Assembly (NCBI GenBank): GCA_965153355.1
Contig: OZ231126.1
Span: 11,780,001 to 11,844,000 of the forward strand
Origin: Flaccisagitta enflata
Lineage: Eukaryota
Direction: 5' to 3'
DNA length: 64,000 nt
In this document: one piece after another, positions 47,408-60,919 of the stretch
Numbering within the stretch: the first letter of the stretch is position 1
Layout of the letters: each line of letters opens with the position of its first letter
Notes under the pieces: model-generated
Database searches by the model: none
What the model saw: the letters and a program-made list of their open reading frames with translations, nothing else
Told to the model about the DNA's origin: nothing
Position numbers and translations under genes: made by a program

Positions 47408-47565
47408 CGATTTACGACTAACGATTAATATCTAACGATAAACTACATACCCTGTCTTCAGAAACAACTGCAACCAGCAAAAGATGTATTGTGTGAAAAC
47501 TATCGTAAGCGATTTATGACTAACGATTTATGACCAATGATTATTAACTAACGATAAACTACATA

Positions 47566-47974
47566 CCCTGTCTTCAGAAATAACTGCAGCCAGCAAAAGA
47601 TGTATTGTATGAAAACTATCGTTATAAATGCAGCTTGAAATTTTTTTTTTTCTTAAAGTTGAACCTAATATAATCCTTCAAAAAATCTCCATTTTGAGCC
47701 CAATCCCGGAGTTCTAGCTCAAAGCTTTTGGAAGTCATACAGGTTTAAAGTGACAGACCTCTATCAATGTCTTTAATAAAAAACAATTAACCAAAAAATG
47801 GTTGTTTACTTCAAAATGATGTACAAGCTAAACTACTTGACCTAGAGTGCTGAGATTTTGTATGAAAAAACTGTCAGTTATATGCTATCAGACAGAGCAA
47901 ATCCGAAAGTTGTGGTGTATATAGTTTGCATAGATTAGAACTTTTGCTTGTTGCAGTTGCTTCTTAAGACAGGG
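47566..47974. mobile_element. MITE with ~35-bp TIRs and TA flanks (Tc1/mariner-type); left end duplicated at 47450
   Basis: TA-CCCTGTCTTCAGAAATAACTGCAGCCAGCAAAAG ... CTTTTGCTTGTTGCAGTTGCTTCTTAAGACAGGG-TA. Confidence 0.75.
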
Positions 47975-48127
47975 TAGATGATTCCTTGCAATCGTTACAG
48001 CCAATCAGTTAATGCAATTTAGAAATTTTGCATCGTTTGAAATCGACGAAAATCTTTTAAAAATGCCTTCATCCCCCTACCCTGTCTGTCTGTTTTTCTG
48101 TCTATATCTCACACTCTTTTCCTTTCT

Positions 48128-48166
<39 letters not shown>

Positions 48167-48504
48167 ACAGACGGGAAGAGACAACACTTAAGACTCAATT
48201 AGTCCTCGTCCTCACCTCGTCCACAAACAATTACAGTTATCAAGACACGGAACAGATCAAGCACTTCAACTTTTAGATCACCCTCAGCCCTCAGGACAAT
48301 GCATAGCTGATTTATATCATTGCTCATCTTCTCACTCAAATCAGCTTATACTAGGTTTTCGATTTGGGAAAAAATTGAATATACTTCATAACGAATCCGA
48401 TAAAATGATTGTTTTAATTGGAGGGAACTTTTGAGGAATGTAAGATCTTAAACTATGAAGAAAAGTGTTCGTTAACCACGGTTCTTTTAGAAAGGCTGAG
48501 GACT

Positions 48505-48748
48505 ATTTTTAGATGCGTCCACGCATCTCTATACGAGGCTTTGTCCGTCCGTCCGTCCGTTGGTCGGTGGGTTGGTTGGTTGGTCGGTCGGTCAGTCCGT
48601 GGTGATCGAGCTGAGAATGATGAAAATGCATAGAATCTTGGAAATATCTCAGATTATTGCATCATTCCACAAGGTTGATGCAATATTGCATCATTCTTAA
48701 CAAGCTAAGCCGCATGTGGACGCATCGTTGTACCCCCGGGGTACTTGC
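48505..48748 (+). mobile_element. Intact HINE-like element (same family as the split copy at 56783-58180)
   Basis: TTTTTAGATGCGTCCACGCATCTCTATA, (GTCC/GTCG)n core, second GACGCATC and a GTACCCCCGGGGTAC hairpin end. Confidence 0.75.
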
Positions 48749-48819
48749 TGTAATGAATAATATTGGCTGAGCTGAATGACATTGAAACTTAAGGAGCTGA
48801 AAAAAAAACAGCAAGTCAG

Positions 48820-48933
48820 CAACAATATCAACATCAATAGCAACAACATTAACAACAACAAAACAGCAACGATGATTGTAACATCAACAACAACAACAAC
48901 AACAACACAAAGAACAACAATAACAACAACAGC

Positions 48934-48970
<37 letters not shown>

Positions 48971-49016
48971 GCAACAACAATAGCAAAAACCAATATAAAA
49001 GCAAAACAAAACAATA

Positions 49017-49048
<32 letters not shown>

Positions 49049-49130
49049 CAAAACAAAACAAAACAAAACAAAACAAAACAAAACAAAACAAAACAAAACA
49101 AAACAATAAAACAAAACAAAACAAAACAAG
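48820..49130. repeat. (CAA)n and (AAAAC)n microsatellites
   Basis: Direct reading. Confidence 0.97.
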
Positions 49131-49844
49131 AGAACAAAAGGTTCCTAGCTTCGTAGCTTCCCAAATGTTCCAATTTCGTCTGAGAGAGGCGCTGATTTCA
49201 ATTTCGGGAAAAGAGGAAACAAAAGACCTGCCATAAAAGGAATTGCCTTGACAACCGGGAAGAAGATCCAACAAGTAGACAACTCGTATTACAGAAAAGA
49301 ACCAAACTACTAGTTGCGTAGACATGTCGTAGTAAAACTTGTTCATGTTGAACATTTTCATGTATTTCATTTGAGTCGTGCTCCATTGTATCACACATGG
49401 AAACCATAACGAACTTGTGGCTATGAGAAGTCAAAGTATCCTTGAATGTAATGCACAAAACAAGTCTAAATTCACCAATTTTACGAGCTGTTATGTAACT
49501 CGTTGAAAAGAGAAAAGAAAAAAACAAGCATCGCACAAAATCAAGCGCACATTTGGGAAAGTTTTTCTCAATTCGATTTGCGAATGACAATCATTTACGT
49601 AGTCAAACAAATCGATCGGCGAAACTGACAGAAACCAAGTGAGTTAGATTTAAACAAGGCCAAGTAGGCCAACGATGCGTCCCTTTTGAATGAATCTTTT
49701 TTTTATGAATGAATGGTTTTTTTTTTGATGGATGAATGTTGTTCATGAATGAATGAATGATTTGTTGAATGAATTATATTTTGTATGCTACTTTTGCTGA
49801 CTGGGTACCTCTTTTCTGATGAAATAATGCAAGATTCTGATGCT

Positions 49845-50552
49845 TTTTGGGCAGCGGCCCCGAAGGGGACGAAGTCCTGTAGAACACAGGGGGACTTTCG
49901 TTTGTCCGTCCGTTCGTCCGTTCGTCCGTTCGTCCGTTCGTCCGTTCGTTCGTTAGTCCCCCCCTTGATCAGACCCCTCAGGCCTCAAATCTGGCCTCTC
50001 AGGCCTCCAATCCAGCCTCTCAGGTCTCAAATCCAGCCTCCCAGGCCTCAAATCTGGCCTCTCATGCCTCAAATCTGGCCTCTCAGGCCTCAAATCTGGC
50101 CTCTCAGGCCTCAAATCTGGCTTCTCAGGCCTCAAATCTGGCTTCTCAGGCCTCAAACCTGACCTCTCATGCCTCAAATTAGGCCTCTCAGGCCTCAAAT
50201 CAGCCATCTAAACCTCAATTTATTGCTCCCAGGCTTCAAATCAATCCTCTGGCCTTTCAAGCCTTAGTCCAGCTCTCCAAAGCCTAAATTCAGCCCTCTC
50301 AAGCTTCCAATCAGCATTCTCAGGCCTTATATCAGCCTTCTTAGACCTCAGTTTAGGCTCTTGAATGCCTTCAGTCAGCCCTCTTTAGCATCTCATCCTT
50401 TTCTTCAGGTAGGACGAACGAAAGTCCCCCTGTGTTCTACAGGACTTCGTCCCCTTCGGGGCCGCTGCCCTGCTTCCCCTCACTCAAATTCACAATCACT
50501 CAAAGCAGGGCAACGGGCATCGCTGACCACATATTGCCCTTGGGCGACCTGT
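49845..50552 (+). mobile_element. HINE-like element with ~59-bp inverted repeats, (TCCG)n and a 21-bp tandem core (AGGCCTCAAATCTGGCCTCTC)
   Basis: GGGCAGCGGCCCCGAAGGGGACGAAGTCCTGTAGAACACAGGGGGACTTTCG (49849) is inverted at 50412-50470, followed by an ~80-bp tail. Confidence 0.75.
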
Positions 50553-50959
50553 TATATGAATACATTACCGACCAACCAACCAACTTACAGAATGACATAG
50601 CCCACAACAGAGATGCAAGAACGCGTCTGACAATTATTTTGAAGGAAAAAACTTGAATCGTTGAAAAAAGGAATCGTTAATAGTGACACAAATGTAAAGA
50701 GTAGGGGACCCTTTTGGAAAAAAGTCACTTTTATCGACTTGCATTGGCTATCCCTGAAAGCAAGCTTTTTACAATTGCCCTACGTTGTAATTTGTGTTTG
50801 TTTTTGAAATTAATTTCATTCATTCATTCATTCATTCATTCATTCATTCATTCATTCATTCATTCATTCATTCATTCAGTAATTACGCTATGATCACCAC
50901 ACAGACTTCTCGAACGTTAATTTGTCCCGGTTTTATATTTTTTTACCCCAATTGTCAGA

Positions 50960-51122
50960 ATGCCTGGGGACCGTGACAACAAAACAGACATGGAGAGGGT
51001 GGGGTTCTTTTCCGAGCCGGGTTACATCACAATCGGTGACAAGTACAAAGCTCCCGGGGGCTTCAATCAATACAATGAGTCGGCGGGAAAAGGAAAGCAA
51101 ATGCTTGCCAAAGGCACAAGGT

Positions 51123-51218
<96 letters not shown>

Positions 51219-54200
51219 AGAGAAAGAGAAAAAGAGAGAGAGAGAGAAAGCGAAAGAGAGACAAGAATAGAAAAAGAAAAAGAAAATGAAGAAGAAAAAC
51301 AACAACAACCACCACCACCACCACCACCACCACCACCACCACCACCACCACCACCACCACCACCACCACCACCACCACCACCACCACCACCACCACCACA
51401 ACAACAACAACAACCACCATCATCAACCAACAGAACAAGAGGAAGAAGAAGAGGAAGAAGAAGAAGAGAGAAAGCGAGCGTAAAAGAATGAAAATTAAAG
51501 TTATTGCAACATCTACAACTGTAACTGTAACTGCGATATTCCAGCAAGCGATCATCACTGATGGACGGATACTTCGATGGCAAATATGGTCGAGTTTATG
51601 AAGGCGAAGCGTATGCAGATGTCATCAGAAGAATTCGATTGGAGAGACTCAAAAACACCCAAAAAGCCATTGGTAAGGGATCATGATCAATAAGGCATAA
51701 GATGCAGATTTCGCCAAAAGAATTGAACTGCAAAGACTCAAAAAGACTCAAAAACAGATTGGTATGGTGTCATGGTGGCTAAAGCTTACGTCTCAAAAAC
51801 ACTCAAAAAACCATTGACATTGCTATGGATTCATTGATGACTGAAACTCTTACCAATAAAGGCGGCTCTCGCCGTAGGAAAAAAGTCGTAAGTGCGAGGT
51901 TTTGGAATTTTTTGTGATTGTGTTTTGTTTGGTTGATTGCCTTTTTTCTTCTCCGGGCATCTTTTTGGTTTGTTCCACTCTGTACATGTGTTTCTCTGTT
52001 TCAGACAGAGGCATCCAACCCCCATCCACACCCCAACCCCAACCCTCACACACAAGCATCTAGACCGCTTGTTTTTCCACTTTTCCACTCGGACAGAAAA
52101 ACGGACCAACAGACCAATGGATGGACTGACAGACAAAGCCTCTCATGGAGTCCAGAGTTAAAATGAGAGATACTGTGCTGCCAGGATGCACAATCATCAC
52201 CTGGGACATTTCAAAGTTCAAATAGACTTCATTAACTCAATTCCTCGTTTTTGGGAAAATGTGAAAAAATATAAAAAGATTTAAAAAATCCTAGCGCCAA
52301 AACTATTGATCGCACAGAATTCTGCTTGGCGGCATCTGAAAGAGGAGAATTAGCTCTTTCTTAGCTGTTAGTTTCATGCGTAGTCCCATTCTGCCCGAAA
52401 AATGCACCAACTTGCTCAAACGCCTCATAAAACAAGGGGAAATCCGTTTTTCTCTGCAGGACTCAAAAAGACCGAAGGGACTTCGTCTCTTCGACTTTTT
52501 TCCAAACTAATAAAAAGAATAAGATTCCATCGAATTTATCAAGCAAGGGACCCTTTTCAGTTGCGGACACGCAACTTTATATGAGGCTTTGTCCGTCCGT
52601 TGGTCCGTTGGAGTTGAAAAGTGCAAAAACGCGCATTTTTGATGTTGCTGCTGAACTGGTCTGTGTTTTTGAGTGTGTATGGGGCGGGCGAGGGGACGGA
52701 TGGCGGTAGTATGCCCCTGCCAACCCGTCCGCAACGACCCCCGCGTCACTTGTTTGTTGTTGCAGGCAAGCCATACGTGCCTTCTTCTCCAGCGAAGAAG
52801 AGCACCGGTTTAGGCACTCATTACGGCACTCTTGGAGGCAACATCACAAGCTTCAGCCCCGGACTCAAACCTGAGAAAGAAGAAAAATCCCCGGGGGCCA
52901 ATTTTACGACTAACCCCGGAAAAAAGGGAACGGGCTTTGGATTCATCGATGTTACTATAGGTAAGGACTAAGGATGAAGGGGAAAATTCACTGATGCACC
53001 ACAGGTAAGAATGATAAGGAGATAAGGAGATTTCACCAATTTGATCTCAGTATCAATAAGAATGATGAGAAGTCACTGATGCTGCCCTAGGTGGGGATGT
53101 TGACATATTTCGTCATTGAAATAGTTCGAATGTTAAATCATCCATGTGTCCATGGATGGGAATGATGGGGAGGATTCACTGATGCTACCTTAGGTGGTGA
53201 TGATGATGATTATAAATTATCGATGTGTCTATCGGTAGGAACGGTGGGCACAGCGTTACGATACATAGATAAAGACAACTTTGAGTGCCCAGAGCTGGGA
53301 GTGGTTCAGAAGTGTTCTATGATACTTGGCGATTACCAATCACCCAGTGGTAAATTTTTTTGAAAGCAAAACTTTGAAAAAATACCTTTTAGGCAAAATA
53401 GTCGCAAAAGCGTTAGATGGTCAGCGGTACCCGTTGCCCCTGAGTGAGTGTATGAGGGTGTGAGATGGTGAGAGGGGCAGCGGCCCCCGAAGGAGCCGAT
53501 GACCTATGCTGTTTTTATTTGAGGGTGGAGGCTGGAATTGGGGCCTTGAAGCTGGGATTTGAGCTTGGAGGCAGAGATTTGAGCCTCGTGGCTGAGATTT
53601 GAGCCTCAAGACTGGGATTTGAGCCTCAAGGTTGGAATTTGAGCCTAAAGGCTGGGATTTGGGCCTTGAGGCTGGGATTTGGGCCTTGAGGCTGGGATTT
53701 GGGTCTCAAGGCTGGGATTTAGGCCACGAGGCTGAGATTTGGGCAACAAGGCTAGGATTTGGGTTTGGAGGCTAGGATTTGGGCCTCGAGGCTGGGATTT
53801 GGGTCTCGAGGCTGAAAGCGGGGGGGGGGGGGGACGGAGAAGGAGAAGAAGGAGGAGAAGGAGGAGGAGAAATTTCCCCTATGTGTGAAAGCATAGGTCA
53901 TCGGCCCCTTCAGGGCCGCTGCCCAAAAAGGGAGTTTTTAAACATTTTTTTAGCATTGAATTGTAATAGCAGCTTCAAAAATCCTAAAAAATCCTATAAA
54001 TATGTGGTTATGGTTAAAGTATATAAACTTTTACCTTAAAAGCAGCAAGTTTCATGAAATATTGTCCAGATTAAAGTTTGAAAATAGTAAAATACTAATT
54101 TTTTTAACATTTAAGGGCCTTGATTTGATTAAGCAGCTTCAAAAGTCCTGGGAAATCCTGGAAATGTCTAGTCATAGGTGAAGTTCAAATACTTCAACCC

Positions 54201-55968
54201 TGAACAATAAATAATTTGGGATTTTTTCAAGTTTGCAGCTTGAAAATGATATGAAAAATATGAAATATTGATTTTTTTTAGCTTTGACTAAAAAGATATC
54301 TGAAACTACTCGCTATTAAGGGTAAGAACATGTATACTTTTTTTGTTGGTAGACACATCCAAGATTTTTCAGGATTTTTGGAACTGTATGAACAGTATAC
54401 AGCTTAAAAATGTTAAAAACAAGCAGTATTTTTTCATTTTTTGACTTTTTTAGCTCCAATCTTAAAATATCCTTGATAACTTGTTGTTCAGAGTAAGTGT
54501 ATTTTTACTTTACCTATTACTACACATTTCCAATATTTTCCATGGTTTTTGAGGCTGAATGACCAAATTTAGGCTTTAAAATCTTAAATTAATATATTTT
54601 AACCATTTTTAAGCTTTTATCTTAAAAATATTGCAAGTAACTTGCTGTAGTAGGTTAAGGCATGTATGTTCCAACTACACCCACCCATTTCTAGAATTTT
54701 CGAGGATTTTTGAAGTTGCGTAAATAATTTTGTGCTGAAAAAATAATGAAAATACCCTTTTTTGCCTAAAAAAATTTTTTTTTTTCAAAATTTTGCTTTC
54801 AAAAAAATTTACCACCGGGTGATTAGTATTCACCAAGCATCATAGGATACTTCTGAACCACTCCCAGCATTGGGCACTCAAAGTTGTCTTTGTCTTTGTA
54901 TCGTAACGCTGTGTGGGAACAATTCATCGATGTTTCTTTAGGCGGGAATGATGTGGAAAGTTATTTTATAGAAACATTGGTGATATGGAATGATCATTTT
55001 GACCATAATCACAAACATTGGTGATATGGAATGATCAATTTCAACATAATCACAATTCAGACAAAAACAATGCAGGTCTGAGATCATTACCCACTTAATG
55101 GGCATGAAAACAAGGCCGGATACACGGCTACCCCAGTCGCGTGTAGTTGGGCAGGGACTATATTTGAGGTCACTTGATCATTTGGGCAGGAGCAGTGAGG
55201 CAAAAGACCGCAAAAGACCGCAAAAACCAAAAAAGTAAAGTGTGACGGACGGACGGACGGACGGACCGACGGACCGACGGACGGACGGACCGACGGACGG
55301 ACGGACCGACGGACGGACAAAGCAGTTGTAGAGACGCGTAGCACGCGACTAAAAAGTATGATTATACATCGATTACAGGCAAATATCCCGAGTATTCAAG
55401 CTCGCCCTACGAGCGCGACCGTCAAGTTCGAAACGCGGCCAGCACGCGGCACAAAAACGTGCTGAAAGGCGGCCCATTTCATCTGGCATTTCCGTTGGGA
55501 GATGTTTTTGACGCGACAGTTTATCAACCGGATCCGAACGAAGCGGCGCCTTCTAGAGCGGGATCCAGAGCCCATTCCGCAGGAAGAGGTGAGCTCAGTG
55601 TATTCTTGACAGTCAATGTACGAGATATCCATGGCACGTTATCATTCACAGAAAAAACAACATTCTCAATCACTGTAAATTGAAGATATTCATTGGGTTT
55701 TTCCAAGAGTCACTACACTGCGCTTTGTAAATGATGGTTTTTTTTTGGTTTTCTTTAAAGTTGTCAATAGAGAGCCCCGCGACCGACTATTCAACTTGTT
55801 TCCTCTTTCATGCCATTTAATCAGTTTTTAGATGCGTCCTCGCATCTCTATAAGAGGCTTTGTCCGTCCGTCAATCCGTCCGTCGGTCCGTCTGTCGGTC
55901 CGTCGGTCCGTCCGTGGCGTTTTTTTTCTGTTCACTTAAATTCGAGCCAGATCGAACGAGATCGAGCA

Positions 55969-56014
<46 letters not shown>

Positions 56015-56947
56015 CTCTCTTGCGAACAGGAATAAAACGCAAAGCACGCATCTATAGGTCGAATTTCGGCCTTGTTATCATCCTTTTTTCCATTATTTTA
56101 TGAAAGGTGTCGGTAAAGAGCCCGACGGTCGACCATTCAAACCCTCGTCGCCTGGAAAGCGACTTGGAGGCTGCAAAGCCGGCTGTTTCCACGCATTCCC
56201 CACAGTTTCGTCATCACCTTTTGTACCTCTTTATAAGGTAAGTAACATCAGAGTATAATTGTAAATATGATTGTTCCCACTCATTCCCCACAGTTCCTCT
56301 TCGCCTTTTGTACCTCTTTATGAGGTGAGTTACCTCTTACTGGTCTGTGTGTTTATCTTCATTTTGGTCAACTGGCTTGCTAGCAAAAAAATCGGGCTGA
56401 ACACTGTCTCAATGATTAATCATTCCCAGACAAAATTCCATCACAAATTTTTGAACAAATCTCTACATTCTTCTTTTATTTCTTGTCATTGAATATTTGA
56501 ATTTAAAGTCGCGTACACGCGACTGTACAACCCGCTCTGTCTGTCTGTCGGTCGGTTGGTCCATCTTTTGGTCGGTTGGTAACACTTTGCTTTTTTGGCT
56601 TTTACGGGCGGTTTTGGAGTTACAGCTCCTGCCCAACTGCCTAGCTGGTCTATTTCATCACTGCCCCTGCCCACCCGCACGCGACTTGGGTAGCCGTGTA
56701 TCCGGCCTTGTTTTAAATACAAACCTATGACATCCATTCCTCAACTATTTCCATTCATTCAATGGAAAGGACGTGTTGAACAACAAGTACTCCGGGGGTA
56801 CAACGATGCGTCCACATTAGAGTTGGGAGAACTTATGTCGTGACTGTCGGAATCGACAGTCACACCCCATGGTGTCGGTCAATCGACACCATGGTCAAAA
56901 ACCGTCACGACCTACTGACTGACAGACAAAGGAAAAGGTCTCTCTCT

Positions 56948-57016
<69 letters not shown>

Positions 57017-58383
57017 TAATCCTGGATCACCTACGATCTTTTTTTCCTCACTCACTGACACGATTCTCTCCTAGTCCGTTTGTTTCTGTCCTTGTTGACA
57101 TCGAGTCCAAACAATGTTTTTTCCGCGTGCAAGAGCACGTCTTTAAAAGGTTGTGTCTTTTGGTTGTTTAGTTGGTTGGTTGTCAGTTGAAAACGCTTTC
57201 ATTCTACTATGTGAATAGCGCCTATGATAGCCTACTTTGCCTTGTTATCTTTTGTTGGACATAATCCATAATCCTTTCATGAGGCTTTTTACAAGGCATG
57301 ACACTAGCTTGAGTGTGGGCAGGGGCAATTATGAGGGTGGACAGAAACGTTACATGGTAAAGCAGGGGCTGTGATGTGGTCATGTGGCTAGGCAGGGGCA
57401 GTGATGCATAGAAATTTCTTGACTTAAAAGAGGATGAAAACGATCATCTAATTACCAAATTGTTTCTTACCAAAAGGAAAAATGGTACGAGCATATCATT
57501 CTTTCATTCATTCACTCATTCACTTGTTCACTGATTCACTAATTCATTCATTCATTAATCAATTCACTCATACATCATTTGTTAATACGCGTTGAGGCTT
57601 GGTGAAAAAATAATCCATGCAAAATTTTGGGCCTCTCAGATAGCAGGAACCTTCGTTAGGGTGAGGTTGAAGTTTGCATTGAATTTGCATTGGAATCCAT
57701 ATTTCTATTATGCAAATTTTGTCTCTGCCATAGATTTCTATAGAAACTTCATGGTTACCCTAACAAAGGTTCCCCCTATCCCAGAGGCCCGAAAATTTGC
57801 TTGGGATATTTTTTTACCAAGCCTCGTCTATGGTAAGATTGGTGAGAGCCAGTGTTTAACTTTGGGGCGTTCTCATTGACGTATTTAGCCGTGACGATGT
57901 CGAAACTTATAAGAAGACATTTAAGGGAAACGAAACTTTTGATAACCAATTGGTTTTTAGCTAGTGTCGATGATCTCTAGTCCACATGCGGCTTAGCTTG
58001 TTAAGAATGATGCAATATTGCATCAACCTTGTGTAATGATGCAATAATCTGAGATATTCCTAAGATTCTATGCATTTTCATCATTCTCAACTCGATCACC
58101 ACGGACCAACCGACCGACAGACGGACGGACGGACGGACGGACAAAGCCTCTTATAGAGATGCGTGGACGCATCTAAAAACTGTAAAAGTTTCTCCCCCTC
58201 AACTTTCATTTTCATTCTCAGTATGAAAAGGACGTGGTAAACAAGAGCGGTAAAACGTTCGTTCCTCACGGTGGCCCGAAAACGACTGTAACCAACTCAG
58301 TGATTAACCAAAATGTGATGCGATCTTTAAACCCGGAAAACTTCAAATCCGTCGCGCCAAATTTGAAGGTCTTCACTTCTTAG
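50960..58383 (+). CDS. CFAP96: Cilia- and flagella-associated protein 96 (C4orf47/UPF0602 family), 6 exons, ~328 aa
   Basis: Exons 50960-51120, 51545-51672, 52766-52960, 55379-55588, 56107-56237, 58222-58383 are GT-AG and in phase. Family motifs recognised from the vertebrate protein: KTDMERVGFFSEPGYITIGDKY, GYFD..YEGEAY, GLGTHYGTLGG, FTTNPGKKGTGFG..VTIGK, LKGGPF, FKPSSPGK..GG.KAG.F, F.P.GGPK..NV.RSLN..NFK. Confidence 0.93.
51126..51475. repeat. (GA)n and (CCA)n tracts in CFAP96 intron 1
   Basis: Direct reading. Confidence 0.97.
53249..54913. mobile_element. Non-autonomous DNA transposon with ~150-bp TIRs, CAC...GTG ends and 4-bp TSD (Chapaev-like)
   Basis: TGGG-CACAGCGTTACGATAC... and ...GTATCGTAACGCTGTG-TGGG; the arms match to ~53398 and ~54760. 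Confidence 0.8.
53420..53928 (-). mobile_element. HINE-like element with a 21-bp core (GCTGGGATTTGGGCCTTGAGG) nested in the Chapaev-like element
   Basis: GGGCAGCGGCCCCCGAAGGAGCCGATGACCTATGCT (53474) is inverted at 53890-53924. Confidence 0.7.
56818..57979. mobile_element. hAT-like insertion with an 8-bp TSD (GTCCACAT) splitting a HINE-like element
   Basis: TSD at 56810-56817 and 57980-57987; ends TAGAG...CTCTA. The intact host copy at 48505-48748 has the 8-mer only once. Confidence 0.8.
57594..57825. mobile_element. Fold-back MITE nested in the hAT-like insertion
   Basis: GAGGCTTGGTGAAAAAATA..GGAACCTTCGTTAGGGT is inverted as ACCCTAACAAAGGTTCC..TTTTACCAAGCCTC. Confidence 0.75.
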
Positions 58384-58385
58384 CG

Positions 58386-58710
58386 CGGTGGTGGTGGAGG
58401 TAGTGATGGTGGTGGAAGTGGTGGAGGTGATGGCAGTGTTGGTGATGGTGGTGGATAAGTTGGTGATAGTCGGAGTAATAATGAGGTGGTTTTGGGGGTA
58501 AGGCGGTTGTGGTGCTAGTGATGGCAGTAATGATGGATGTGGATTTGGTGGCGGTGGTGTTGGTAGTAGTAGTGGATGTGGATTTAGTGGTGGTGGTGGT
58601 GGTGGTGGTGGTGGTGGTGGTAGTAGTGGCGGATGTGGATATGGTGGTGGTGGTGGTGGTGGTGGTGGTGGTGGTGGCGGTGGTGGTGGTGGTTGTGGTG
58701 GTGGTGGTGA
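58386..58710. repeat. (GGT)n-rich tract directly after the CFAP96 stop codon
   Basis: Direct reading. Confidence 0.95.
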
Positions 58711-60792
58711 CAAATGAGGTGGCGGCTGCGGCTGGGGCAAGTCGGCGGCCACGATGGTCCTTCTGCAGCAGCGTCCTCATCTGACGTGACTGACTTCCGG
58801 AAAGGAGCGTCACATCTGGAGTCATATGAAATCCCGATAGGAGCGAAGAAAGTGTGCACCAATTGAACTTTTTTTCTTTTTGGCAATCACGAGGTTACTT
58901 TCGCAATTATCACGATCTTTTGATAAACAAGGTTCAATAACAGAAAAGATTTAACAAGTGCCAACACTGAATTCGGGTCGTCTGTCAGTCTGTCTGTCAG
59001 TCTGTCTATCTGCCTGTCGGTCTGTCGGTCTGTCTGTCTGTCTGTGTTACTGTCTGTGTTACTGTCAATCTTCACATTATCAACTGTCGGTCGGTCTGTC
59101 TCTGGCTGCCTGCCTGCCTATCTGTCTGTCTTTCTGCTTGCCGGCCTGTCTGTCTGCCTAACTGTCTGTGTTGTGGTCAATCTTTCACATTATAGACTCC
59201 ATGAGTCTTCACAATCGATTGCATATTTTTCCATTAGCCCAATTGGTAAAGTACATATATATGCTTGGAAAATATTTTTCAACTAAAACTTTTAACCTTC
59301 AACTTTAGTAAGTACAAATTTGCTTTGAGTATATTTTTCAACTTCTTCAAAAAATGGTCACTCCGTTTCGAGATAATGATCAGCAACGATGCTCAATGAC
59401 TAATATTCGAAATAAATTAAGAAAATGAATTGTTTTTAGTTTGTTTTTTGTTTAGTTTCTCAACTAGCGCACAATACAAAGTATAACTCGATCCTTTGAT
59501 ATTGTAAGACAAGCTTTAAGTCCGATAGATATAATGCTTCAGTTTGTTTTGTTTTTAAGTGAGATCAAAAAAGCTTCCTTTCTGATGTATTTTATCTTCA
59601 TGTTATCCGTGACCCAACTGAATCCTCTTCTTTGTTTTTGTTTGACTGATTTTATCACATTTGCTACAGTCAAAACTTCACTTCACACAAGTCTTATTTG
59701 CCAAAGACAGATGACAAACAGGACAACATTAATTGAAATAGACTAATGACTACGGCGCAAGAATGAAAAATTCATACCAATACGATGGATCGAATTATCA
59801 ATTAACAAGGCCGGATACACGGCTGTCACAGTCGCATGCGGGTGGGCGGGGGCAGTATTTGAGGTCACTTGATCATTTGGGCGGGTGCAGTGAGGCCAAA
59901 GACCGCAAAGAAAACAAAAAAGTAAGGTGTGACGGACAGACTGATGGACGGATGGACGGACAGATGGACCGACCGACAAAGCGGGGTGTAGAGTTGCGAA
60001 GCACGCGACTAAAAACTTATCCAAATATTAGATAATCTGAAAGCCCTTTCAAAAGTTCTTTCATTTGGCACCACTCTGGTATTGTTATCTTTTATCATTT
60101 AGAATTGGTATTAGTTTTTGAGTGAAAACATTGTCCATTTCAGTTTCACAATCCTTAGATAAAAATGAATTTTAACAAACTAGTGCTCTCCTTAGTTTCT
60201 CTTAGTTTCTCAATCGTTTGAGATACAGACCTTGGACTGGTCTAGATTGAAAGATTGTTCGAAAATCTTTAAAAAAATCTTTTTTGAAAATAGTGAAAAT
60301 TATTTTCTATATTTGTTTTATCAATTAGTAAATAGGTCTGTCTTTTTTTATCCAAGTAGTACCCTCCCCTCCCACTCATCCTACTCCTGTCACACAAAAA
60401 TTCTTTAAATTTGGTAACCAATCAAGAGCCATGAAAAACTTAACTTTGAATTTTTATAAAGCCAACATACACGACCACCTTGTCTACCGAGCGTTTTGGC
60501 AGGGTTAGAGTTCCAAAACGAACATTCACAATAAGATAATCTGTGATTTCAAATCTCTGAACTTGGAAAAAATTACAACCCTGAGCAAAGGGACCATCGG
60601 TCAGCGGGGGTATCGCATAGAGTGTTTAAGCAGTTGTTAAAACTTCTTGTCATCAACATTTTTACTAAGATGTGGTTTGTGGAAAAGTCTTGTGGAAAAA
60701 TCTTTACTAACTTGTTCTGAAATCTTTGAAATCTCGTATTAACTGACTGCTGACTGAATGTCTTTGATTCCGTACCCCCCGACCCCCACTAC

Positions 60793-60919
<127 letters not shown>

